Virus record (IMG/VR): IMGVR_UViG_2526164601_000022
DNA length: 17,593 bases
Reading direction: 5' to 3' (one strand)
Source of the DNA: a virus
Taxonomy: Duplodnaviria > Heunggongvirae > Uroviricota > Caudoviricetes
The translations under genes and the position numbers were made by a program. Below the pieces are notes generated by a model. It saw only the letters and a list, made by a program, of their open reading frames with translations. It was not told where the DNA came from and did not search any database. Positions 7,839 to 17,136 of this stretch are shown here, piece by piece. Each line of letters begins with the position of its first letter. Position 1 is the first letter of the stretch.

Positions 7839-10398
7839 TCTTGTTATTGACCTGAGTCTGGATGCTGTCCGTTTCGATGAGCAGATGAGCCGGGTAAGGC
7901 GTCATTTTTCAGGTCTGGATACCGACGTCAGAAAAACCGCCAGTGCTGTTGAACAGGGCCTGAGCCGCCAGGCGCTGGCTGCACAAAAAGCCGGGATTTC
8001 CGTCGGGCAGTATAAAGCGGCCATGCGAACCCTGCCCGCACAGTTTACGGATATCGCCACGCAGCTTGCCGGTGGTCAGAATCCCTGGCTGATCCTGCTG
8101 CAACAGGGCGGTCAGGTGAAGGACTCCTTCGGCGGGATGATCCCCATGTTCAGGGGGCTTGCCGGTGCGATCACCCTGCCGATGGTCGGGGTCACCTCGC
8201 TGGCGGTGGCGACAGGTGCGCTGGCGTACGCCTGGTACCAGGGGGATTCCACGCTTTCAGCGTTTAATAAAACCCTGGTTCTTTCCGGTAATCAGTCCGG
8301 ACTGACTGCCGATCGTATGCTGACTCTCTCAAGAGCCGGGCAGGCAGCAGGGCTGACGTTTAACCAGGCGAGAGAGTCACTGGCAGCCCTGGTGAATGCC
8401 GGTGTGCGTGGTGGTGAACAGTTTGATGCCATCAACCAGAGTGTCGCGCGTTTTGCGTCTGCATCCGGTGTGGAGGTGGATAAAGTCGCTGAAGCCTTCG
8501 GGAAGCTGACCACTGACCCGACGTCGGGACTGATGGCGATGGCGCGCCAGTTCCGTAACGTGACGGCAGAGCAGATTGCGTATGTTGCGCAGCTGCAGCG
8601 TTCCGGTGATGAGGCCGGGGCCTTACAGGCGGCGAACGATATCGCCACGAAAGGCTTTGATGAGCAGACCCGTCGCCTGAAAGAAAACATGGGAACACTG
8701 GAGACCTGGGCGGATAAAACCGGGAAGGCATTCAAATCGATGTGGGATGCCATTCTGGATATCGGTCGTCCTGAGTCCTCAGCGGATATGCTCGCCAGTG
8801 CGCAGAAGGCATTTGATGAGGCGGATAAAAAATGGCAGTGGTACCAGAGTCGGAGCCAGCGCCGCGGTAAAACCTCCTCTTTCCGGGCCAACCTTCAGGG
8901 CGCATGGAATGACCGGGAAAATGCCCGTCTGGGGCTGGCAGCGGCCACGCTGCAGTCGGATATGGAAAAAGCCGGTGAACTGGCCGCCAGGGACCGGGCC
9001 GAACGGGACGCATCACAGCTGAAGTATACCGGAGAGGCGCAGAAGGCGTATGAGCGTCTGCTGACGCCGCTGGAGAAATATACCGCCCGTCAGGAAGAAC
9101 TGAATAAGGCACTGAAAGACGGGAAAATCCTGCAGGCAGATTACAACACGCTGATGGCGGCGGCGAAAAAGGATTATGAATCGACGCTGAAAAAGCCGAA
9201 ACAGTCCGGCGTGAAGGTGTCTGCGGGCGATCGTCAGGAAGACAGTGCTCATGCTGCCCTGCTGACGCTTCAGGCAGAACTCCGGATGCTGGAGAAGCAT
9301 GCCGGAGCGAATGAGAAAATCAGCCAGCAGCGTCGCGATTTATGGAAAGCGGAAAATCAGTATGCGGTCCTGAAAGAGGCAGCCACGAAACGGCAGTTAT
9401 CTGAGCAGGAAAAATCCCTGCTGACCCATGAGAAAGAGACGCTGGAGTACAAACGCCAGCTGGCTGAGCTGGGAGACAAAGTTGAACACCAGAAACGGCT
9501 GAATGAGCTGGCACAGCAGGCTGCGCGGTTTGAGCAGCAGCAGGGCGCGAAGCAGGCGGCAATCAGTGCCCAGGCGCGGGGCCTCACCGACCGTCAGGTG
9601 CAGCGGGAGTCGGAAGAGCAGCGCCTTCGTGACGTGTACGGTGATAATCCGGATGCGCTGGCGAAGGCCACATCTGCACTGAAGAACACCTGGTCTGCGG
9701 AGGAGCAGCTTCGTGGAAGCTGGATGGCCGGTCTGAAGTCCGGCTGGGGCGAGTGGGCAGAAAGTGCGACGGACAGTTTTTCGCAGGTTAAAAGCGTGGC
9801 CACGCAGACCTTTGACGGTATTGCACAGAATATGGCAGCGATGCTGACCGGCAGCGAACAGAGCTGGCGTGGTTTCACCCGTTCTGTGCTCTCCATGCTG
9901 ACAGAGATTTTTCTGAAGCAGGCCATGGTGGGGATTGTCGGGAGTATTGGCAGCGCCATGGGTGGTGCTTTCGGTGGTGGTGCGTCTGCCTCCACGGGGA
10001 CGGCCATTCAGGCTGCGGCGGCGAACTTCCATTTCGCGACCGGAGGATTTACGGGAACCGGTGGCAAATACGAACCTGCCGGTATTGTCCACCGCGGGGA
10101 GTTTGTCTTCACGAAGGAGGCAACCAGCCGGATTGGCGTCGGCAACCTGTATCGTCTGATGCGCGGGTATGCGGAAGGTGGTTATGTGGGCGGTGCCGGA
10201 AGTTCGGCGCAGATGCGGCGGACGGAAGGCATTAATTTTAATCAGAACAATCACGTGGTGATTCAGAACGACGGCTCCAACGGACAGGCGGGGCCGCAGC
10301 TGATGAAGGCGGTGTATGACATGGCCCGCAAGGGGGCGCAGGATGAGATTCAGGCGCAGATGCGTGATGGCGGCGTCTTTTCCGGAGGCAGGCGATGA
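7819..10398 (+). CDS. H: Tail tape measure protein gpH
   Basis: 859 aa (lambda H 853); N-terminus MSQPVGDLVIDLSLDAVRFDEQMSRVRRHFSG...AGISVGQYKAAMRTLPAQFTD...LILLQQGGQVKDSFGGMIPMFRGLAGAITLPMVG matches recalled lambda H; coiled-coil-like middle, Gly-rich C-terminal part. Confidence 0.93.
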   Translation: MSQPVGDLVIDLSLDAVRFDEQMSRVRRHFSGLDTDVRKTASAVEQGLSRQALAAQKAGISVGQYKAAMRTLPAQFTDIATQLAGGQNPWLILLQQGGQVKDSFGGMIPMFRGLAGAITLPMVGVTSLAVATGALAYAWYQGDSTLSAFNKTLVLSGNQSGLTADRMLTLSRAGQAAGLTFNQARESLAALVNAGVRGGEQFDAINQSVARFASASGVEVDKVAEAFGKLTTDPTSGLMAMARQFRNVTAEQIAYVAQLQRSGDEAGALQAANDIATKGFDEQTRRLKENMGTLETWADKTGKAFKSMWDAILDIGRPESSADMLASAQKAFDEADKKWQWYQSRSQRRGKTSSFRANLQGAWNDRENARLGLAAATLQSDMEKAGELAARDRAERDASQLKYTGEAQKAYERLLTPLEKYTARQEELNKALKDGKILQADYNTLMAAAKKDYESTLKKPKQSGVKVSAGDRQEDSAHAALLTLQAELRMLEKHAGANEKISQQRRDLWKAENQYAVLKEAATKRQLSEQEKSLLTHEKETLEYKRQLAELGDKVEHQKRLNELAQQAARFEQQQGAKQAAISAQARGLTDRQVQRESEEQRLRDVYGDNPDALAKATSALKNTWSAEEQLRGSWMAGLKSGWGEWAESATDSFSQVKSVATQTFDGIAQNMAAMLTGSEQSWRGFTRSVLSMLTEIFLKQAMVGIVGSIGSAMGGAFGGGASASTGTAIQAAAANFHFATGGFTGTGGKYEPAGIVHRGEFVFTKEATSRIGVGNLYRLMRGYAEGGYVGGAGSSAQMRRTEGINFNQNNHVVIQNDGSNGQAGPQLMKAVYDMARKGAQDEIQAQMRDGGVFSGGRR

Positions 10399-10724
10399 AA
10401 ACATTTCGCTGGAAAGTGAAGCCGGATATGGAGGTGAACTCGCAGCCATCGGTGCGTGAAGTGCGTTTTGGTGACGGGTATTCGCAGCGTATGGCGGCGG
10501 GGCTGAATGCTGACCTGAAAACATACCGTGTGACGCTTTCCGTGACCCGGGAGGAGGCCCGACATCTGGAGGCATTCCTGGCAGAGCACGGTGGCTGGAA
10601 GGCGTTTCTGTGGACACCGCCTTATGCCTGGCGGCAGATAAAGGTGACCTGTGCCGCCTGGTCATCACGGGTTCGCATGCTGCGGGTTGAATTCAGTGCC
10701 GAGTTTAAGCAGGTGGTGAACTGA
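10395..10724 (+). CDS. M: Minor tail protein gpM
   Basis: 109 aa, same as lambda M; MKTFRWKVKP...VRFGDGYSQR...KTYRVTLSV...HGGWKAFLWTPPYAWRQIKVTCAAWSSRVRMLRVEFSAEFKQVVN matches recalled lambda M; ATGA overlap with H and L. Confidence 0.92.
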   Translation: MKTFRWKVKPDMEVNSQPSVREVRFGDGYSQRMAAGLNADLKTYRVTLSVTREEARHLEAFLAEHGGWKAFLWTPPYAWRQIKVTCAAWSSRVRMLRVEFSAEFKQVVN

Positions 10725-11421
10725 TGCAGGATATTCACGAAGAAAGTCTGAACGAGTCGGTTAAATCAGAGCAGTCACCGCGGGTGGTGCTCTGGGAAAT
10801 TGACCTGACGGTGCAGGGCGGTGAGCGGTATTTTTTCTGTAATGAGCTGAATGAAAAAGGGGAGGCGGTCACCTGGCAGGGGCGGCAATATCAGGTATAC
10901 CCGATTGACGGCAGTGGCTTTGAGATGAACGGGAAGGGCAGCAGTGCCCGCCCGTCGCTGACGGTGTCGAATCTGTTCGGTCTGGTCACCGGAATGGCGG
11001 AGGACCTGCAGAGCCTGGTGGGGGCCACGGTGGTCCGCCGCCGGGTGTATGCCCGTTTTCTGGATGCGGTGAATTTTGTGGCGGGCAATCCGGAAGCGGA
11101 CCCGGAGCAGGAGCTGAGCGACCGCTGGGTGGTGGAGCAGATGTCAGAGCTGACGGCCATGACAGCCTCGTTTGTGCTGGCAACACCGACGGAGACGGAC
11201 GGAGCGCTGTTTCCCGGTCGCATTATGCTGGCGAATACCTGTATGTGGACCTACCGCTCTGATGAGTGTGGTTACACGGTCCTGCGGTGGCGGATGAGTT
11301 CGATAAACCCATCACCGATATCCGTAAGGACAGATGCAGCAAGTGCATGCGCGGGTGTGAGATGCGCGGCATGGTGGCTAATTTTGGCGGTTTCCTTTCC
11401 ATTAACAAACTTTCGCAGTAA
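10724..11421 (+). pseudogene. L: Minor tail protein gpL, 1-bp frameshift near codon 185 (or assembly indel)
   Basis: Residues 1-184 match recalled lambda L (…GRIMLANTCMWTYRSDECGY); the lambda-like C-terminus GPAVADEFDKPITDIRKDRCSKCMRGCEMRGMVANFGGFLSINKLSQ-stop continues from 11278 in frame +2 relative to the start, implying one missing base at 11276-11278. The uninterrupted track ORF (to 11731) is the out-of-frame readthrough. Confidence 0.75.
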
Positions 11422-11426
11422 ATCCA

Positions 11427-12170
11427 ATGACACAGACAGAATCAGCGATTCTGGCGCATGCCCGGCGGTGTGCGCCTGCGGAGTCGTGCGGCTTCGTGGT
11501 GAGAACGCCGGAGGGGGAGCGGTATATCCCTTGTGTGAATATCTCTGCAGAGCCGGAGGCGTATTTTCGTATTGCACCGGAAGACTGGCTGCGGGCAGAG
11601 ATGCAGGGGGAGATTGTGACACTGGTCCACAGTCATCCCGGTGGTCTGCCCTGGCTGAGCGAGGCCGACCGGCGGCTGCAGATAAAAAGTGCACTGTCCT
11701 GGTGGCTGGTCTGCCGGGGGGAAATTCATAAATTCCGCTGTGTGCCACATCTGACAGGACGGCGCTTTGAGCACGGGGTGACGGACTGTTACACGCTGTT
11801 CCGGGATGCCTACCATCTGGCGGGAATTGATATGCCGGATTTTGAGCGTGAGGATGACTGGTGGCGCAACGGTCAGAACCTTTACCTGGACAATATGGAG
11901 GCGACTGGTTTTTACAGGATTTCCCTGCCTTCCGCACAGCCTGGCGATATCCTGCTGTGCTGCTTTGGCGCATCGGTGGCCAATCATGCCGCCATATACT
12001 GCGGCAACGGTGAACTGCTTCACCATCTGCCTGAACAACTGAGTAAACGGGAGAGGTATTCCGAAAAATGGCAACGACGAACGCATTCAGCCTGGCGTCA
12101 CCGCCACTGGCACGTATCTGCCTTCACGGGGATTTACAACGATTTGGCCGCCGCCTCAGCCTGTATGTGA
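11427..12170 (+). CDS. K: Tail tip assembly protein gpK (JAB/MPN metalloprotease + NlpC/P60 domains)
   Basis: 247 aa; JAMM motif HSHPGGLPWLSEAD (HxHx7SxxD); C-terminal Cys/His region (GVTDCYTLF...NHAAIYCG...HH) consistent with NlpC/P60; 103-nt overlap with I as in lambda. Confidence 0.88.
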   Translation: MTQTESAILAHARRCAPAESCGFVVRTPEGERYIPCVNISAEPEAYFRIAPEDWLRAEMQGEIVTLVHSHPGGLPWLSEADRRLQIKSALSWWLVCRGEIHKFRCVPHLTGRRFEHGVTDCYTLFRDAYHLAGIDMPDFEREDDWWRNGQNLYLDNMEATGFYRISLPSAQPGDILLCCFGASVANHAAIYCGNGELLHHLPEQLSKRERYSEKWQRRTHSAWRHRHWHVSAFTGIYNDLAAASACM

Positions 12171-12748
12171 ACACGGCAGCGGAAGCCATCCGTGCCCTGT
12201 CGATGCAGATGCCGGGATTCCGCCGTCAGATGAACGAAGGCTGGTACCAGATACGTATTCGCGGTGAGGACACGGCACCGGAGGCGGTGTACGCCCGTCT
12301 TCACGAACAGCTGGGTGAGGGAACGGTCATCCACATTGTGCCGCGACTGGCCGGGGCCGGAAAGGGTGGACTGCAGATTGTGCTGGGGGCGGCAGCCATC
12401 GTGGGGTCGTTCTTCACGGCCGGGGCATCAATGGCGTTATGGGGTTCAGCCCTGGCAGCCGGTGGTTTTTCTGCCACCACGATGCTGTTTTCACTGGGGG
12501 CCAGCATGATTCTGGGTGGTGTGGCCCAGATGCTGGCCCCGAAGGCAAAAGCACCGGATTACCGCGCAACGGATAACGGCAGACAGAACACGTACTTTTC
12601 CTCACTGGACAACATGATTGCTCAGGGGAACCCGATGCCGGTGCCTTACGGTGAAATGCTGGTTGGCTCCCGCCGTATATCCCAGGACATCAGTACCCGT
12701 GATGAAGGCGGTGACGGGAAGGTGGTGGTTATCGGGCGGCAGGCATAA
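12068..12748 (+). CDS. I: Tail tip assembly protein gpI
   Basis: 226 aa (lambda I 223); MATTNAFSLASPPLARICLHGDLQRFGRR...GWYQIRI...VIHIVPRLAGA...QNTYFSSLDNM matches recalled lambda I. Confidence 0.9.
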   Translation: MATTNAFSLASPPLARICLHGDLQRFGRRLSLYVNTAAEAIRALSMQMPGFRRQMNEGWYQIRIRGEDTAPEAVYARLHEQLGEGTVIHIVPRLAGAGKGGLQIVLGAAAIVGSFFTAGASMALWGSALAAGGFSATTMLFSLGASMILGGVAQMLAPKAKAPDYRATDNGRQNTYFSSLDNMIAQGNPMPVPYGEMLVGSRRISQDISTRDEGGDGKVVVIGRQA

Positions 12749-12752
12749 AAGC

Positions 12753-12791
12753 GAAAAAATCCCGCAGTGCTCACGGACAGGAACTGCGGGA
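12753..12791 (-). terminator. Candidate intrinsic terminator for - strand transcription (distal to sodC)
   Basis: 9-bp inverted repeat TCCCGCAGT (12760-12768) / ACTGCGGGA (12783-12791), 14-nt loop; on the - strand the stem is followed by U6 (complement of A6 at 12753-12758). No U-tract on the + strand. Confidence 0.35.
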
Positions 12792-12901
12792 GAGTTACGA
12801 AGATTGAGTGTAAGGAATTATTCTTATGTCACGACAAAAACATTAACTCAGAGAGGGAGGATGTGCCGTTCTTTTCAGGGAGAAAGGATTTATCGTCCTG
12901 A

Positions 12902-12929
12902 GGAATAAAGGTAAGGGCCCGCCCTTACC
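12902..12929 (-). terminator. Candidate intrinsic terminator of sodC
   Basis: Perfect 9-bp inverted repeat GGTAAGGGC (12910-12918) / GCCCTTACC (12921-12929), 2-nt spacer; on the - strand followed by UUUAUUCC; 8 nt downstream of the sodC stop. Confidence 0.45.
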
Positions 12930-12936
12930 TGACTGA

Positions 12937-13464
12937 TTATTGAATGATGCCGCAGGCCATTCTCGCACCACCACCGCCCAGGGGCTCCGGATGGTCATGA
13001 TGGTTATCACCGCCAGCATGAAGCATGAGAGAACGCCCTTTAATCTCTTTTAATGAGTTCAGTCTCGGGGCCAGGACCGGGTAGTTCGCTTTTCCGTCAT
13101 GCGTCACGAACAGCGCAGGGAGGTCGCCCAGGTGTCCATCCGGAGACCAGGGGCCAAGATGTTTGCCGGTGTTTTTCGGGTCAAAGTGACCGCCAGCCGA
13201 TAATGCTGCGACCGGTTTTCCGTCTTTCAGTGCCGGGGCGCAATTTCCTTTTTCGTGCACATGAAAACCATGAATGCCTTCAGACAGAGAGTGAAGGGCT
13301 GGTGTGAACAGCAGACCGTAGGGGGTCTCCTGAATGGTTATTTTTCCAATGCTGACTTCTTTTCCGTCAGCACTGACAAGGTTCATTGGGACTTCCTGTT
13401 CTGCTGCGTATCCGCATGATGCTGCTGTCAGCATGGCAATGGCAGCAATGATTTTACATTTCAT
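12937..13464 (-). CDS. sodC: Periplasmic Cu,Zn superoxide dismutase (prophage cargo/moron)
   Basis: 175 aa from ATG at 13464-13462 with SD GAGGG 6 nt upstream; signal peptide [20 protein letters not shown]; Cu/Zn-SOD motifs [47 protein letters not shown]. The 344-aa track ORF is an upstream over-extension. Confidence 0.9.
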   Translation of the reverse strand: MKCKIIAAIAMLTAASCGYAAEQEVPMNLVSADGKEVSIGKITIQETPYGLLFTPALHSLSEGIHGFHVHEKGNCAPALKDGKPVAALSAGGHFDPKNTGKHLGPWSPDGHLGDLPALFVTHDGKANYPVLAPRLNSLKEIKGRSLMLHAGGDNHHDHPEPLGGGGARMACGIIQ

Positions 13465-13597
13465 AAAACCCTCATTAATTCCGTTAACAGACTGAGCTTG
13501 CTGGTTACAGGGTAACAAACAGCGTTCTGATGATATCGCGCAATAGCTGTGCAATATCCTATCACTGCGATTAATAATACCAATTGAGAGGAACATT

Positions 13598-16500
13598 ATG
13601 GGTAAAGGTGGCGGCAGGGCGCACACACCTCGTGAGGCGAAGGACAATCTCAAATCCACGCAGATGATGAGCGTGATTGACGCCATTGGTGAAGGGCCGA
13701 TTGAAGGTCCGGTGAAGGGGCTGCAGAGTATCCTGGTGAACAAAACCCCGCTGACGGACACGGACGGTAATCCTGTGATACATGGTGTGACCGCGGTCTG
13801 GCGCGCCGGGGAGCAGGAGCAGACACCACCTGAAGGCTTTGAGTCCTCCGGGGCGGAAACCGCACTGGGCGTGGAAGTGACGAAGGCAAAGCCGGTGACG
13901 CGCACCATTACATCCGCGAACATTGACCGCCTGCGGGTCACCTTCGGGGTGCAGTCACTGGTGCAGACCACGTCAAAGGGTGACCGAAACCCGACATCCG
14001 TCCGACTGCTGATTCAGTTACAGCGTAACGGTAACTGGGTGACGGAAAAGGATGTCACCATTAACGGCAAGACCACCTCGCAGTTTCTGGCGTCGGTGAT
14101 TCTGGATAATCTGCCTGAGCGGCCCTTTAACATCCGGATGGTCCGGGAGACAGCGGACAGCACCTCGGACCAGCTGCAGAATAAGACGCTCTGGTCGTCA
14201 TACACCGAAATCATCGATGTGAAACAGTGCTACCCGAACACGGCGATTGTGGGGCTGCAGGTGGATGCGGAGCAGTTCGGCGGCCAGCAGATGACGGTGA
14301 ACTACCATATCCGCGGTCGCATCATCCAGGTGCCGTCAAACTATGACCCGGAAAAACGCACGTACAGTGGTATCTGGGACGGCAGTCTGAAACCGGCATA
14401 CAGCAACAACCCGGCCTGGTGTCTGTGGGACATGCTGACTCACCCGCGCTACGGCATGGGAAAACGTCTGGGGGCGGCGGATGTGGACAAGTGGGCGCTG
14501 TATGCCATCGGGCAGTACTGCGACCAGACGGTCCCGGATGGTTTCGGGGGGACCGAGCCGCGGATGACCTTTAATGCGTACCTGGCACAACAGCGTAAGG
14601 CGTGGGACGTTCTCAGTGATTTCTGCTCTGCGATGCGCTGTATGCCGGTATGGAACGGTCAGACGCTGACGTTCGTTCAGGACCGCCCGTCGGATGTGGT
14701 GTGGCCGTACACCAACAGCGATGTGGTGGTGGATGATAACGGCGTGGGATTCCGCTACAGCTTCAGTGCCCTGAAGGACCGGCACACGGCGGTGGAGGTG
14801 AATTACACCGACCCGCAGAACGGCTGGCAGACCTCCACGGAACTGGTGGAAGACCCGGAAGCCATACTGCGCTACGGACGCAACCTGCTGAAGATGGACG
14901 CGTTCGGCTGTACCAGCCGCGGTCAGGCCCACCGTGCCGGACTGTGGGTGATAAAGACCGAACTGCTGGAAACGCAGACGGTGGATTTCACGCTCGGGTC
15001 TCAGGGGCTGCGGCACACACCCGGTGACATTATTGAAATCTGTGATAATGACTATGCCGGGACCCTGACCGGCGGACGTGTCCTGTCCATTGATGCTGCC
15101 ACCCGCACCCTGACGCTGGACCGTGAGGTGACCCTGCCGGAGACAGGTGCCGCCACGGTGAACCTGATTAACGGCAGCGGTAAGCCGGTGAGTGTGGCCA
15201 TCACTGCACACCCCGCGCCGGACCGGATACAGGTCAGCACCCTGCCTGATGGTGTGGAGACATACGGTGTATGGGGACTCTCCCTGCCGTCACTGCGTCG
15301 TCGCCTGTTCCGCTGTGTCTCCATCCGGGAAAACACGGACGGCACCTTTGCCATCACGGCGGTGCAGCACGTACCGGAAAAGAAGCCATCGTGGATAACG
15401 GGGCCAGCTTTGAGCCGCAGTCAGGCACCCTGAACAGCGTTATTCCACCGGCAGTGCAGCACCTGACGGTGGAGGTGAGCGCGGCTGACGGTCAGTATCT
15501 GGCACAGGCGAAATGGGACACGCCGCGGGTGGTGAAGGGTGTGCGCTTCAGTCTGCGCCTGACCAGCGGAAGCGGAGAAGACAGCCGTCTGGTGACCACC
15601 GCCATCACTGCGGATACAGAGCATCGTTTCAGTGGTCTGCCGCTCGGGGAATACACCCTGACAGTCAGGGCAATTAACAGTTATGGCCAGCAGGGGAACC
15701 GGCCACCACCACGTTCAGGATTAATGCACCTGCGGTACCGCCACGATTGAGCTGACACCGGGCTATTTTCAGATAACAGCGGTCCCGCGTCTTGCGGTGT
15801 ATGACCCGACGGTACAGTTTGAGTTCTGGTTTTCGGAGGCAAAAATCGCAGACATATCTCAGGTGGAAACCTCTGCCCGTTATCTGGGGACCGGCAGTCA
15901 GTGGAGTGTATCCGGCCCGCACATTAAGCCCGGGAAGGATTTCTGGTTTTACGTGCGCAGCGTCAACCTGGTGGGGAAATCTGCTTTTGTGGAAGCCAGT
16001 GGCCGGGCCAGCAATGATGCAGAAGGGTATCTGGGACTGTTTCGGGAAAAAATAGGAAAACTGCATCTGGCTCAGGGGCTGTGGGAGCTGATAGACAACA
16101 GCCAGCTTGCGGATGAGATGGCGGAGATGAAGACCACCATCACCGAAACCCGCAATGAAATCACACAGACGGTCAGTAAAACGCTGGAAGACCAGAGCGC
16201 CACCATACAGCAGATACAGCGCGTGCAGAAGGACACAAATGATGACCTTGCTGCACTTTACATGCTGAAGGTACAGAAAACAAAAAATGGCATACCCTAT
16301 GTTGCCGGTATTGGAGCGGGGATTGAGGATACTGATGGCCAGCCCCTGAGCAACATACTGCTGCTGGCTGACCGTATTGCGATGATTAACCCGGAGGACG
16401 GCAACACCACGCCGTTATTTGTGGCGCAGGGGAATCAGTTGTTCATGAACGATGTGTTCCTGAAGCGGCTGTTTGCGGTGAGTATCACCTCGTCCGGCAA

Positions 16501-17069
16501 TCCCCCGACGTTTTCCCTGACGCCGGAGGGCAGGCTGACCGCAAGAAATGCTGATATCAGCGGTAACGTGAATGCGAATTCCGGGACGCTCAACAACGTC
16601 ACGATTAACGAGAACTGTCGGGTTCTGGGAAAACTGTCCGCGAACCAGATTGAAGGCGATCTCGTTAAAACAGTGGGCAAAGCTTTCCCCCGGGATTCCC
16701 GTGCACCGGAGCGGTGGCCATCAGGGACCATTACCGTCAGGGTTTATGACGATCAGCCGTTTGACCGACAAATTGTTATTCCGGCGGTGGCATTCAGCGG
16801 CGCTAAGCATGAGAGAGAGCATACTGATATTTACTCCTCATGCCGTCTGATAGTGCGGAAAAAACGGTGCTGAAATTTATAACCGTACCGCGCTGGATAA
16901 TACGCTGATTTACAGTGGCGTTATTGATATGCCTGCCGGTCACGGTCACATGACGCTGGAGTTTTCGGTATCAGCATGGCTGGTGAATAACTGGTATCCC
17001 ACAGCAAGTATCAGCGATTTGCTGGTTGTGGTGATGAAGAAAGCCACCGCAGGCATCAGTATCAGCTGA
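13598..17069 (+). pseudogene. J: Central tail fiber / host specificity protein gpJ, interrupted by four 1-bp indels (or assembly errors)
   Basis: Colinear with recalled lambda J (1132 aa) from [22 protein letters not shown] to the C-terminal ...[14 protein letters not shown]-stop (17067-17069), but homology hops frames at ~15378-15381 (A4, -1), ~15693-15696 (G4, -1), ~15744-15746 (-1) and 16859-16864 (A6, +1). SD GAGAGGAACATT before ATG 13598. Confidence 0.8.
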
Positions 17070-17088
17070 ATTTTATAACCCATATACG

Positions 17089-17112
17089 GGCGCCAGAAAT
17101 GGCGCCTTTTTT
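17089..17112 (+). terminator. Intrinsic terminator downstream of J
   Basis: 7-bp stem GGCGCCA (17089-17095) / TGGCGCC (17100-17106) with GAAA tetraloop, immediately followed by T6 (17107-17112); 20 nt after the repaired J stop. Confidence 0.6.
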
Positions 17113-17136
17113 ATTGCAGAAAAGCGAGAGGTAATT

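Noticed and set aside
9397-10668. 423-aa - strand ORF antisense to H and M (longest non-annotated ORF)
   Set aside because: Completely embedded antisense to tape measure H; Pro/Arg/Ala-rich composition typical of the reverse frame of G+C-rich genes; no independent evidence.
10724-11731. 335-aa uninterrupted ORF as the L product
   Set aside because: Lambda-like L homology ends at codon ~184 in this frame and resumes in another frame ending at 11421; the extension overlaps K out of frame.
11272-11973. 233-aa - strand ORF antisense to L/K
   Set aside because: Antisense to conserved L and K coding sequence; no supporting signals.
12618-12908. 96-aa + strand ORF in the I-sodC spacer (and the SD-adjacent 15-codon mini-ORF at 12861-12908)
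   Set aside because: The 96-aa ORF starts inside I in another frame with no RBS; the mini-ORF has its SD directly abutting the ATG (no spacer) and no recognisable features.
12937-13971. 344-aa - strand ORF from the ORF track
   Set aside because: Only the last 175 codons are the SOD with signal peptide and SD; the upstream extension runs antisense through the J start with no homology, so the gene was called 12937..13464.
14336-15211. 291-aa - strand ORF antisense to J
   Set aside because: Embedded antisense to J; Arg/His-rich low-complexity translation; no start context.
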